64,000 nt of DNA from Klebsormidium nitens. Its lineage: Eukaryota; Plantae; Klebsormidiophyceae. The position numbers and the translations under genes were made by a program. Shown here one piece after another: positions 11,198 through 23,800 of this stretch. Location of the stretch: the NCBI GenBank assembly GCA_000708835.1, contig DF237035.1, forward strand, positions 69,899 to 133,898. Direction: 5' to 3'. Every line of letters begins with the position of its first letter. Position 1 is the stretch's first letter. The notes beneath the pieces were generated by a model. That model did not search any database. It saw nothing but the letters and a program-made list of their open reading frames with translations, and was not told where the DNA came from.

Positions 11198-14100
11198 TCA
11201 GGTCCCAGCTTGCCACGTGTCACTCTGTGAGAGGTGCTTCTGGAGGCTCCGCTCCAGATCAATCAGGTCGAGCTCCACTTCCTTGACGACCTTGTGCAAC
11301 CCCGTGGGAGTCACCTGGATTAAAACGAGGCGTTCAATGTCAGTTCTTTGCCGCCACCCGTGAGTTTAAAGCTCAGTTTTACGATGCCCGACTGCTTCGG
11401 ACTTCGTCCACTGATTCATTGCCTGAGAAGCCCTTGTGATCATTCCGCTCCCAGCTGGTTGAGACGACTCCCTACAATTGAGTCACGAGTCAAGGCTTTG
11501 TCGTTTCTGGGAGAATCGTATCCACTCTCTCGACTGCGGCCGATGAACCGACTCCTGTAAACGGAGAAGGGAAGAAAGGGAAAAAAGAAAGAGAGGAACA
11601 AAAAGCGACTTCTGAACAAGAGAGCGTTTGAAAGGAAGGAGCTTCGCCACCTACCCAGATCGCAGCTGCCAACGAGCGCAGCAGCCGGACGTAGTCCCGG
11701 TGCCCGCTCGCGTTTACATTGTTTCCGAGATAGTGAATGAGCTCATGCTCCATCGGCTCCTCCGTATCCAGCATCGGCGTCAGCACGCCGACGTCACAGT
11801 CCGCCTTCTGGGGCCCTACCACGTCAGCATCCTTTGCCGGGGGAGTGCGGGGCCGGGCGGCCGCGGCGGATACAGCCCCCTGGAAGAGCTTCTCGCACGC
11901 GGTGTGGTATTCTTTCAGATCTGCAAAGCGAGGGAGGGTCATTAGTAAGGCTTTAGTCAAGAATTAGGTTGAAAATCAGGTACGACTTCGGCTGGAAATA
12001 AGCTAGAGCAACGGGTGACCCGCTCTTGACGACGACCTCAGCGGGTTACCTAGACGAGGAGCTTCGTTTTGGCAACTTCGCTGTTAAGAAGCAGGCACCT
12101 TCATTGTAAGGGCGTTGGACTGAGCGTTTCTCAACGAGCGAAGCTGCTGTCCTGAAAAGGAGCTTACGTCGTGCAGCCGGGTGCGGTCCCAAGACCTCAG
12201 AAACAAACGCACGCTCATGCTCGCATAACGCCGTTTAACCTGCCTTCCTGATAAACGCAGAGAACAGCAAGCCCAGAGCGGAACCGCCCACTTCCCGGCT
12301 TCGCAGACTATGAGTGCACTCTCATGCCGTTCCACCTAAACAAGCCGTCAGCAGAATTCGGACGCTCCACTGTGGCTCTCACCTGCGGCTGGCTCGGCTC
12401 TCTTGAAGATGACCTCTTTGAGGTAACGCAGGTAACGGTCCAGATTGTGGAGGTCGACGGGCTCGCCAGGCCTGCAACCACAAGCGGCGGTGTTCGGAAC
12501 AGGCTTGCTCATTTGCTGAGGGCTCTGACGTGCGAGACTCTCCGCAGAGCTTCTGCTTTCGGGGTGCAAAACTTTACCGTGGAAGGGCCTCTCGCAAACC
12601 TATACCATGACTATTGTGGTCAATGAATCCTGCCGAACAAGATTACCCAAAAGTCTCAACACGAGGTCTAACCCTCAGCATGATCCGTGAGCTCAACCCG
12701 GTATCCAAAAGCAGGATACCGTGAAATCCTCCTGATCCCCAAACGAGGACGTAAGACTTGCGAGGGTCTTTCTGGACGACAAGTCTGTGAATACCGGCAC
12801 ACAGGGATGCAATCACACTACAAGGTCGGAGGAGGGAATGCTCTTTTTAACGCACAGCTCACCTCGTGATGAGAGGGGGCGCAGGACTGGGCATTTGGAG
12901 CCCCCTGGAAGGAGGCGTCAGGTTGCGAAGGACTTCCGGGTTGGGGGTCAGCTGGTGCTGCTTGCCCTTTGTTTTGGAGGTGATGGGCCCGCCGAGATGG
13001 TGTAACAGCTTGACTGCGATCAGGATAATGGCCGCCACGAAGGTCTGCGGTAAAAGAAGCAGATAAAGCGAAAGTGGATGATGAGAACAAAGCAATCTGC
13101 GCGCTCATGAAGGTGCGAGAGAGGTGCGGAAAAAATTGCGCATTTTCGTGGCAGTAAACAACGGTTTCATGTTGTCGGATAATGAAGAATGCGCAGCGAC
13201 ACAGTCAACGAGGCGCTTCAGGCAAACGGAGGAAGTGAATGGAAAGCGACAAGAGAGTAGCCACTCGCAAAAGACTGCAAAGGGGCGAACGAGAGCGTTC
13301 GGGAGAGAAGGAAGCGGAGGGCCTCACCCTCGGCGGAATCGCTCGTTTGCTCGACGAGATCCAGAAGCCCTGCGGCGTGACCAAGTCCAGAAGGCGGTCC
13401 ACGGGTGCAGCCAGCGAGTCTGCAAAGAAAACTTTCCATACGTCCGTTAGGTCCGGCAGTGACTGCGGAGTTCCACGCCCCAACTCGTACACGTCAAAGC
13501 TCAATACGGTTGGTTACCGTAACTTCACTGTATGATTTATGTCCTACTAGACGCATGAAAGGTTCAGTTCAAGAACCGAGGAGAAAGGACCAGCCCTAAT
13601 GGTCGACGCCTTTACCAAAGTGCAAACTGTCGATTAAAGGTAAGGGCGGCTCAGAACAACCGAGGCGTCTCGGTCTCCTTGCAGGGCACGTCTGCCCGCT
13701 TCCTATCCCACACTCTTGCAGGACTAATCAAAAGCAATATACATTCGATCTTGCATAGGAATTCAAACGCGCATTCTTAGAGCCAACTGCGCAACGTCCA
13801 AAGGCGCAGTTGCATTCCCAACCCCGAGCCCACGGGCAGACGCAAGGAGTCTCAGGGGCGTATTCTCACCCGGCAGCCCGAGGTCCTTGAGCAGCCTGGC
13901 CGCGACCAGGTGTGCATTGATCGGCGGCAGCTCCAGATTCAGGCGATCAGCAATCACGACGGCGCGGAACTCGATGTTGCGCGGGCTGGGAATGCTCAGA
14001 GGATGCACGGCGACCCCGCGCAGGCGCTGTTCGATGTGGGGGGGGAGCGAGAGGGAGGGGGCCAGGTACGGAATGTGCCCCTCGAGTGTCCACCTGGGGG

Positions 14101-17100
14101 GAGGGGGGGGAGAAATACACCGTTTCAGTTCTTCTTGAGTACAGACGCTCCATGTGTGACCTCGAGCAAGAAGATGGAACCGTTCTAGTTCCTTGATAGA
14201 ATGAACATTACGGTCCTATCGTGTGAAGTCCGGATGGAAGGGAGGTGGCAAAAGGGACGGGTTGTGCCCATCGAGCGTCCACCTCGGGGAGCGGCGGGGA
14301 AAAGTGTTTCAATTTCACCAGATTGAATACTTCATTTCTCATCTGCGACTTGCTTATGAAGCGAGTACGAGTGCGTGCGTCGTCGTCGTCTTCGTCTTCC
14401 ACTAGGGGGAGGCAAAAAGAGAGGTTCTGGATTTTGTTGAGTCAGAACTCCAAGTTTTATGTGCGACTTCCTAACGTGGAAAGGTAGGGCGAGAGAGGGA
14501 GTCAGTAGAGGATGCTATTCCTCGAGCGTTCAAATAAAGAGCGGGGGCCAAAGGGAACCGCTCAAATTGCTTTCGATAAAAACAGTTTCGAATTTTCATG
14601 TGTAACTTGAGGTTCGGAAGTGGCGAGAAAAGAGGGAGCCAGGTACGGGGATTTGTCTCTCGAGTGTCCACTTAGAGGCGGGGTGGGGGGAAAATCCATT
14701 CTAGATTCTGACGCCTACGATTACTCCATGTCTAACGGGCGACTACTTTTGCTGTTGGAAGGTAGCAAACGAGAAAAGCCACGGAAAGGATGCTACCCTC
14801 AAAAGTCTTCCGATAAGGAGGGAAGAAGATTGATCCGTTCAAATTCCTCCCGTACGAACTTTCCCATAGTGAATTTCTGACTGCTCTGCAGACTGAGAGA
14901 GAGGGAGCAAGGTACAGACTGCTGGCCCTCGAGTATCCACCTGGGAAGGAGGTGAGCGTGAAGCGCTCTACTCACCTGACGATGTCTGTCGGCAGAATTG
15001 ACTCCCGCAACCAGAAGCACGCGAGGTACGCGATCGAGAGCGGAAGGTCTGTCGGGAGGCGTCTCGACAGCACGCCGAAGATGCGCCTGGCCTGCTGCCC
15101 CGGACCCATCCCCGTGCTCGGTTTCTTCTTGGTCGCCTTCTTCAGCACCTTGCGCGCTTTCCGTTTCCGGCGTTTCTTCGGCTGCAAGATACACTGGTTT
15201 TTGTGATGTCCTCTACGAAAGCGACGTAAACTGTTGAAACCCTTGCTTTCTAGGGAGTGTCTTCGCTTCAGGGGACGCATCCTCGCAGTTCTAACAGATG
15301 CCGAAAGCGGGCTCAAGATGCGCGGACCAGTATGAGAAAATAGGAGGTCTGCGACATTGGTTATCAGCATGAGTCCGACTCGAGGCACTATGACAGGCTC
15401 AAACAGCCACTGAATGGTCCCTGTAGAATGGTAGAGGAGAACTCGCTTGAAATCAACACCTGTAGACAGCCGCATTAAAAAATAGCATCAGCTTCCCGAT
15501 CCTCTTCTCAGCTAGCATTTGGCACTCGAGAACAAGTAGTCCAGAGCTTGCAGGGAGATGAACGGAATTTTCCGGTCACTTGTCTCACTTGGGGCTCTGG
15601 CTCCGGCTCAGGTCCGGAATCGGCGGCTGCAGCATCCGCCAGCTCGTCTTCATCAATGGTCGGATCAATATCGTCCAGTCCCGCCACGTCCTCCTCGCCA
15701 GCGGGCCAATCTTTCCGGGGAACGTATGCTGCGGCTTCCCTGCCAGTGGGGGAGCGAATTTCAAGTGAGACATTTTGTTACGGCCCAGAAATACGAATTT
15801 GCAACTCTCTAACGAAAGTAGGAAGGTGCGATTTGCTGCGGTGAGGTCACTTCGTAGTCCCAATCAAACTCCGATCAAACGGCAAGACGGAATCAATCAA
15901 CAGGGAGCCATGTTCAGACGACTCACGTGGTGCGATTGACCAAAACGTCAGCAGGACGTGTCCCCACAAACAAGAAAGTGGACAAAAATAAGTATCTTCG
16001 AAAGCCCTTGATATGATGGGCACAGAGGCTCTAAAATAAGCAATATTCGACCTTACATCCAAACATTAGTCGTTTGATGTCGGAAGAGGATGGCAAACGA
16101 GATATGTTCTACTCGAAAACTGCAAGTCTGACTTCACTGTGCTGGTGTCGACTGGTGAAGAATCGTTGGCCCATCACAGCCAAGAACGAATTTTGGAAAA
16201 CAATACTCGCCCATTCCAAACCGGAATCGCTAGAAACCCGTTGGCTTTTGTGGGTAAGTCGATCGAGGGGCAGCCTCACATGGCGGGTAATACAAACTTA
16301 TCAGCCTGGTGTTTTTTATTTGAAGGGAAAAAGGACAAAATTCTTTGCTCCTCTAGCCAACAGCCCCTCACCGCTCAAGACCGTCGCAGAGGACCTCCGA
16401 CTGCTGCACCAGGCTATGCCACATCTCCCCCGCCACTCCAATCACCTCCTCGCTACACCCAAACTTGGCCACTAGCGCCTCCAACACCCCCTGCAACACC
16501 AGCTGCATCCCCGTGACATAAGCTATGGCGGTCGCAGCCACGGGGTCATCGCCTATGGCTGCCCCGTCGGAGGCTTCCATTGCCGTGAGCACGGCTTCTT
16601 CTGCGTCCTGCGTCTCGTGCCGCTCCACGTGGCTGTCGATGGTCCTGGCAAAGGCGTTGGGTTTGTTAAGCATGCCGTCTTCGGCGGCCTCCTCCATCAT
16701 CTCCTGCGAAAATAAGGCAAGAAGAAAGCTCTGTCAAATAAGAAGGATATTCAAGCAGGTGCTACGATACTCACTGTGTGATCCTTCACCCCAAAGCTCT
16801 CCATGCATGATAGTAAACCAAGAAGAGTCGATTGTCTGTTAACCAGGGGGCTGCTGTGGGGTCCAAGACAAAGAGGAAGCCCCTTGAAAAACATTCCAGA
16901 GGCTTTTACAAATCTGGGTCATCTCTAGGATGCACATGAAAAGTAATAAAGCAGCCAAAGGCAGACGGTGACATCTTACATCACACATGATGGAGGGGTG
17001 GTGGTGGAAAGGGGGGGTGGGGAAGGTTGACTGATGTGTAGCATTTTAAGGGCACTCCAGCGCATTGTGTTCTTGTGGCCATTTGGGAGGCTGCTTGCTC

Positions 17101-17376
17101 TCAGCACAAACTCACTCCATACCTTGGCGACTCATTGAGCCAACTGGTGCAGGCAAGCACACCGCAATTCTCTCAGCCTCTTTTTCTTGCGAGCAATACA
17201 CAAGGAGTCAGAAAGACTGACAAGTATACTGTCGAACTGAAAGTGTTGAAGCTTTCGATTGGTGTTGAAAAGCAGCATACCTGAGACTGGGTGCCACAGT
17301 CCGCACAGATGTACTGCCCCAAGTCGCTTTGGATCACGCTTTCGCTCCCACATACATCACAGGCAAACTGCACCAT
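11198..17376 (-). CDS. TAF1B: TATA-binding protein-associated factor, RNA polymerase I subunit B (TAF1B/RRN7/MEE12-like), 10 exons
   Basis: N-terminal zinc ribbon CDVC...YICADCGTQSQ. Motifs LACFWLRESILPTDIVRWTLEGHIPYL, LELPPIN, DLHNLDRYLRYLKEVIF. Phase-consistent exons 17376-17281, 16703-16372, 15739-15589, 15181-14976, 14093-13870, 13419-13328, 13044-12863, 12471-12383, 11920-11655, 11314-11198. Confidence 0.85.
14230..14975 (-). repeat. Three decayed intronic copies of the TAF1B exon-5 acceptor plus exon start
   Basis: Real exon at 14093: cccag|gtggacactcgaggggcacattccgtacctggcc. Copies at 14940 (cccag|gtggatactcgagggccagcagtctgtacc), ~14671 (ctaagtggacactcgagagacaaatcccgtacctggct) and 14282 (cgag|gtggacgctcgatgggcacaacccgtcc). 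Confidence 0.9.
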
Positions 17377-17516
17377 GGTGATTCTCAATCAAGGACCCAC
17401 GCTATTTGTGTGCATACATACAGATGGCTTCCAGTAGCCCTCGGGCACCTGCAAAATGCAACGTACAATCCACAATGCTGATCTTGAGCAGATCCCTGTC
17501 TCCCTCGAGAGTCGAG

Positions 17517-17544
17517 GCTCAGAGTCAGAGTCAGAGTCAGAGTC
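17517..17544 (+). repeat. (CAGAGT)n microsatellite in the TAF1B / U2AF-like divergent spacer
   Basis: ctcagagtcagagtcagagtcagagtca read directly. Confidence 0.9.
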
Positions 17545-17811
17545 AAAAAGTTAAAACTTTCTTCGCCCTCGAAAAAGTGTTTTCGCTACGTACCAGAAAT
17601 CGTGTTCCCAGAAATCCCTCTACTGGGCATCCCGGGTGCCACTTCCCGGGGACTGCCTTGTAGTCACAAGGGTGGTGCTCATGACCGGAAGACCGATACC
17701 GGGCCGGTTGGGCCGCAGAGCAAGAAGCAGCACCATGTGTGGATTCTTGGCAATGAAACTTCAATTTCAAAAAGTACATTGCCATTGCTGCAGGGAGCTG
17801 CGAGCACCACC

Positions 17812-20800
17812 ATGGCGCCGCGCAGGAGCACTCGCTCTACCCGCGCAAACGATGCCAAAGACAAGGAGAAACAGGCAGAGGAGGTTGTTGTGCAGCCAGA
17901 ACAGGAAGCCGTTCCAGGTACGTGCTTTTCTACATGAGGCGGCTGAGAGAGGGTCTATTGTGCGATGCAATGATGTTGAGGGCACCTCAGCCAACGCATC
18001 CTGTGCTTACTGGAACGTCCAAGTGATGTTGAGTGGTGTAGCTGTCTTCGAATGGTGCTATGTTGAATATTGCTGGTCTTTGACTGCATTTTACCAATTT
18101 GCGCCTGGTCGTGCTGCTTGCAATAATATGTGTCGTGAACTGCAAGAGAATGTTTATTGGATACTTTGGCAAGGTTTTGAGTATTTCGGGACAGGACGTC
18201 TACATGGAAAGATTGTCTGCTTTGTTGATAACTGCAATTACCTGCAGTAACTGCTCTGCTCTGCACTCTGGATACGATTTCTTGTTGCTAGAAGACTTAT
18301 AGCCCTTTCTTGAGGTTCTTGCTTTATCGAGGCATCACCTGTTCTTTTTGTGTTCTGTTTGTGTGATCCATCGATGAATGCCCATGTACAATGGTGGTAG
18401 TTGACAGAGACCCTGGTCTGATAGTAGTGACTGTCTTGCAGAGGTTGCACCACAAGCGGAGAAAGCGGATGACGACGAAAGCATTGCCCTGCTCCCAGTC
18501 ATGGACGATAGGGCAGGAGCTGAGAGCGTTATACCGCCTGCAGTAGCGAGTGAAGAAGTAGGCACGGGTGATCTGAAGGAAGAGAAGGTAGAAGCAAAGC
18601 CAGAAGAGGAGGTAGAAGCGAAGCCGGAAGAGAAGGTTGAAGCAAAGCCAGAAGAGAAGGTTGAAGCAGAGCCAGAAGTGATCAAGAGCAAAGTGGAAGA
18701 GCCTGTGAAGAGCTCAAGGCACAAGGAAAGTGAGAGAGCGCGGTCTGAGAAGGAGAGCAGCCGGCGGAGGGAAGATAAAGAGCATGAGAGCGAGAAGAAG
18801 GATGCGAAACCAAAGGAGAGCGGCAGAGGCCACAGGGAAGGTGGGGAGGAGAGGAAAGATCGGAGTGGGAGGGACGGGGATAGGAAAGAGGCATTAGAAA
18901 GAAAGGAGCAGGGGAGAGGCGATGAGAAGAAGAGGGAAGAGCGAGACAAGGTTGATCGGTCACGATCAGATCATCCACGGGAAAGTGAGAGGAGGAAGGA
19001 TGATGAGCGGAGGAAGGAAGAGGGTCGCGGCAAGCGGTCTGAGAAGGACGTGGAGACGAAGCGAGAGGACGAGAAGAAGCGACAAGAGGACAGGAGGAAG
19101 GAGGATGAGCGGAGGCGCGAGAGCGAGCGTCATCGTAGGGATGGGGACCGGCATAAGGATGACCGGAGTAGAAGGGAGGACGATAGGAGCAAGAAGGAGG
19201 AGGATAAGAGCAAGCGGGAAGATGACCGCAGCAGGAAAGGCGAGGAGAAGCCTGGGAGGGATGAGGAAAAGGGGAGGCGGGAAGGGGACAGAAGCAAGAG
19301 GGACGATCCGCCAAAGAGAGACAGAGACGGCGAGAGGAAGAGGGACGCTGAGAAGGAGTCAGCGCCAGTGCCGCTGCCGCCTCCTCCACCCCTGCCACCA
19401 AATGCAGACGTCGAGAAAGTAAACTTGGATGCTCTCAAGGAGGGGGCGGAAACCGCCAGAGTAAAGGACCCCTCGGCTGATGAGAAACCCAGAAAAGACG
19501 AGAGGGTTGCGAAAGACGGCGATAGAAGAGGAGACGAGAAGCGGGAGGATCTCGCAAGGGGACGCTCTGACAAGGACAGGGCCGGACGGCGATCGGCCCC
19601 CCGGGAGAGCGACCGCCACCGCGACCGGGGGCGTTCCGACCGCGACCGAGAGAGGGACCGAGAACGAGAGCGGGAGAGCGGAAGGGAGCGCGAGAGGGAC
19701 CGCGGCCGCCGGCCCCTCTCCCCTCCCCGCCGGAAACATCGCAGCCGCTCACGTTCCCTCTCCCCCAGAGACGCGCGCAGGCGGAGCTCTCCTCGGCGGC
19801 GCAGCCCCGCCTCCTCACGGCCCGTTAACAAGCGCGCGGGGTACTATTCCAGCGGCCTGGGGGGGTACTCTCCGAGGAGGCGGAAGAATGGAGACAGGGA
19901 TAGCCCATCGCTGTCGCCGGACCGGAAGCGGAGCAAGGGGGGGGGGGAGCATGGGATCAGCCCCCCCCTGGGATGGACGCAACGGCGGTTGCACTGTGGC
20001 AGCAGCAGATGGCGATGGCGCAGCAGATGGCGGCGGCAGCAGGGGCGAACCCGTTCATTCAAATGGGGGCATGTAGGGGCAACCTTCCTTTTCTGCTAGT
20101 GTTCTCTGGCATAAGAGTCTGGCATGGTGGCACTAGTTGTAGTTCGTCCTTGTCAAGGCTCCAATTGCTTAGTATCATTCTCTTGTTGCACCCCCCCTCC
20201 CCTTGAAAAAAACAAGAAACTTTTGCTCCAAAATAGACGGTCTATTGCTTGTAATTTTCGGACCTAGAGGTTCTGGAGCGGGTGCTGTCCTTGGACGTTT
20301 TACCTGCATCGGCGATGCTTAAACCAAGGAAAGAGGCGGTGTTGAACAATATTTTACTATGCCATACTGTGGAGGGGTCTTCTATCATGATTGTTCCTCG
20401 TCGCTGGTGGCCGGCGACAGTGCCCAAAGCTCCAAACATCCCACGTGACTCTTTAAGAAGTCGGATGAGCACTTTCTGTAACTCTTGATTCCGCTGACAA
20501 TCTTGCTCTTTTTGTCCTCAGCAAGCATCCTGTCCAACTTAAACTCCAAACCTGGTTGTTTTTTTAGACAGTCAGATCAAGTCGTGCATAACCCATTCGT
20601 CCCCCTAAGCGGTTCCCTTCTCATCCAGTGCAAGCAGCCTGCCCACTTTGAACCCCCTTCCTACAGGGATGGACACCGTCCAACTCAATGATCCAATCAG
20701 AAACCCAATCAAGTCGCGTATAACCCACCACTTGCCACTTTCGATCCCCACTAACATTTGGTCTTAACCCTCCACAGCAAGCAGCCTGCCCAACTTGAAT

Positions 20801-23800
20801 CCTTAAGGGCATAGGCGCCGTCCATCTCACTGATCCGATCAGGACCTCTCAGGACCTCAGATCAAGTCATGCATAACCCACCTCTGGTTCCCGCTAACAA
20901 ATATCCCTTTTCCTTCTCAGCAAGCAGCCTGGCCAACTTGAACCCCCTCCTTACGGGCATGGACGGTCCAACTCACTGATCCAATCAGAACCCCAAGTCA
21001 GTCGTGCATAACCTACTTCTTACCCACTAACAATCTGTCTTAACCCTCACAGCGAGCAGCCTGCCCAACTTGAACCCCCTCCTAACCGGAATGGGTTCCG
21101 TCCAAAGCCCTGCCGTGACCCGGTCGCAGCGCCGGCTGTACCTGGGTAACCTGCCCCCGACGGTATCCGATGGCGAGGTGCTCGAGTTTCTGAATGCGGC
21201 CATCATTTCGGGGGGGCAGCAGCACGTCCCCGGCACGAGGCCTGTTGCAGCAGTGCAGGTGAGGGGTCATTTTGGATATTTCGACTGTTCCAGCCTGGTC
21301 GTTGTAGTGTTTGGCCAGTCGTTTTTTTCGTCAGTAATAGGTTTGGCCGAGCGCCCTTCGACGATCCTCTGCTTGCGGAAAACATCGACGGTTTGGTGAC
21401 TACACCCGAAAGCGCCTCCAAATCTTGACCAGTCTGTGAGAGTTGAGACGATGCTTCCTTCCCATTTGAGAAAGTACGGCGTTCTCTCGGGCCTTAGTGC
21501 AGTCCTTACTTCAGCCCTGATGTAAGCTGCTGATGCTCAAGTCTGAAGCTTGCAGATCACGGATTGCTGGCACGCTGCGCTGCGTGCTAAGCAAGCATGT
21601 ATCCTGCTGTGCACCCCCGGCCTTCCACCAATCGCTGAGTAGCTGCAATCATCTATACGTGCCACCTCTTAAAGAGGGAAAGTTCCTCGTGAATGTTACA
21701 TTTCGTTCTTCTGTTTTGCTATGCTGGGCCCCAAAGTCCGACTTGCCAATCGAGCCCATTAACCTTCCCTCTGCATGCAGTAGAGCCTGCTTGACTTAAA
21801 AGCTAAGGTTTGCAGCCAACCTATTCCTTCCTCGCAGCTAACCCTGGACAAGGCTTTCGGGTTTGCGAAGTTCACCCACCCTTCCTGCGCCTGCACCTGC
21901 TTTCGCTCCTGGCTCTAACCCAGATTTAATCATTTAGCTGACCCTCATCCCTTCCCGCAGCTAACCCTGGACAAGGGTTTCGGGTTTGCCGACTTCACCC
22001 ACCCGGAGGACGCCACCATCGGCACTTTGCTCGATGGTATCGTCCTTCACGGAAACGCCCTCAAGATCCGGCGGCCCCGGGACTATGTCCCGCCACCCAC
22101 CGAGTTGCTCGCAGCAACTGCTGGCGCGATGCCTGCCGTAGCGGTAAGCGACACCGACGATGTGGTCACTCTGAGATGCTTGGTGTCAGCTTTAGCGCGT
22201 GCTTATCTGTTTTTTGCTCCGGAGAAGACATAGGCAGGTTGACTTGTTTATTCAAACTCTTTGAGGATCTTGTCTGTGTCTTTTACTCCGCTGTGGCAGA
22301 GCTATGTGCTGTTGCTTCTCCTCAACTCGCCTGAACCTCTTTCTCTTCTCTATCCTCCTGCCACTGATCTTCTGTTCTCTAGACGGGACTGCCGTTTTCC
22401 GTGCGACCTTGTGTTTCTCAAAGTGTCATATTTAATCCGCGTCCTTCTTCTTCGAAACCCCAGACAAGGGATTCGTTAATCGTTCCTGAGTTTTAGCACC
22501 TGGGAGTCGTGTCCGCTTAACATTCCCTCATTAAATATCAAACCGTTTTCAAACCACCCGGCCTTACATTTTGGGTGTCTCTTGCAGGGGGCGGTTGGTC
22601 TCCCCGGGCAGCCGGCTGTGGCTGCGCCAGGCACTGTGACCACTGCCAGCTCCATCCCCCTGGCAGCTATTCCCCAGAGCATCGTCCCGGGCTACATCTC
22701 CACGGACGTGCCGGACGGTCCAAATAAGGTGAGGCTTTCTTGGTGTCTGCAACTCCCAAATGCTTGCTTTTGAGCTGAATCTGCTGGGGGGACTGGGAGA
22801 CGTTGGAATTCTGTCACGGGTTGGTGCAAGGAGGATGCGAGTGGGATGAGATTGCGCAGCATCTGTTGCGTCAGGAAAGGGTGGCGGACGTCTTTTGAAC
22901 CCCATCAGACTGGCTTTTTGGTGCTGATATATGGAGCAACGTGGTATGATATTGACAATTTACTTGCTTCTGTGCAGATCTTCCTGGGCAACATCCATCC
23001 GTCGATCACAGTCGAGAAGGTGGGTTGCCTTCCCTGCATCCCCGGTTCCTGTAGCGCCCACATCTTAGAATCTCTGTAGGCGTCCCTGCGGCAGAATCGC
23101 GTGAAGTCATCTTTTGGAAAGTACGTCAACGAGAATTCTGTATATCACACGCACGAAAGTACGCGTTGCATCTCAGTTTGCTTCCAACTTGGTTGCCCTT
23201 CAGGGCTAGTGGTTTTGCACGATGGGAGCCGCTTGCTGGCGAAAAAAGCGTCCGCATCAAGGTTATCGATAATTTTACCGTTTCGCCTCAGCATACTCTT
23301 ATTTTTGATAAACCTGACCGCTCAACACAAATAATCGGTCGACTCTCCACCGGACTCGCTCGTGAGATGCAGGAGCGCAAAATCTACACTTGGGACGTCC
23401 GTGTTGGTCTTGAAGCCCAGCTCGGAATTGGGTTAAACGAAACCGGAACGAGAACCGCGAAACTTAGCCTAAGATTCTGTGTGTGCAGCTGCGCGAGATC
23501 TTGACCGCGTTCGGGCAGCTGAAGCACTACGTCATGAAGTACAACAAGAACGTGAAGCCCTTCAAAGTGTACGCGTTCCTTGAGGTGGGTCGTGTACCCA
23601 TTGAGTGTTGCTTTCAGGGTCGCAGGATCTAGGGCTACCGTTCGGGATATACTTGGCATTTGTTACGATCAATGTGGCCAGAAAAGGAGAACCCTCTCTC
23701 TTCTGCGCTGATATCTGATTGGTCGGTTTCTTGTTGTCAGGGATTCATTCGTGAAATGCTCGTGACCATAGCCTCTACACTGCTAAGTCTGGTGCTTAGA

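Noticed and set aside
18335-20076. Long antisense and alternative-frame ORFs (204, 239, 233 and 198 aa) overlapping the U2AF65-like exon
   Set aside because: Expected by-product of purine-rich KE/RD/RS codon repeats that lack stops in other frames; no domain signal.
20510-21075. Regularly spaced repeats resembling a CRISPR array (also 39850-40460)
   Set aside because: The spacers are homologous to each other, the repeats match the adjacent exon start, the context is a eukaryotic intron, and there are no cas genes.
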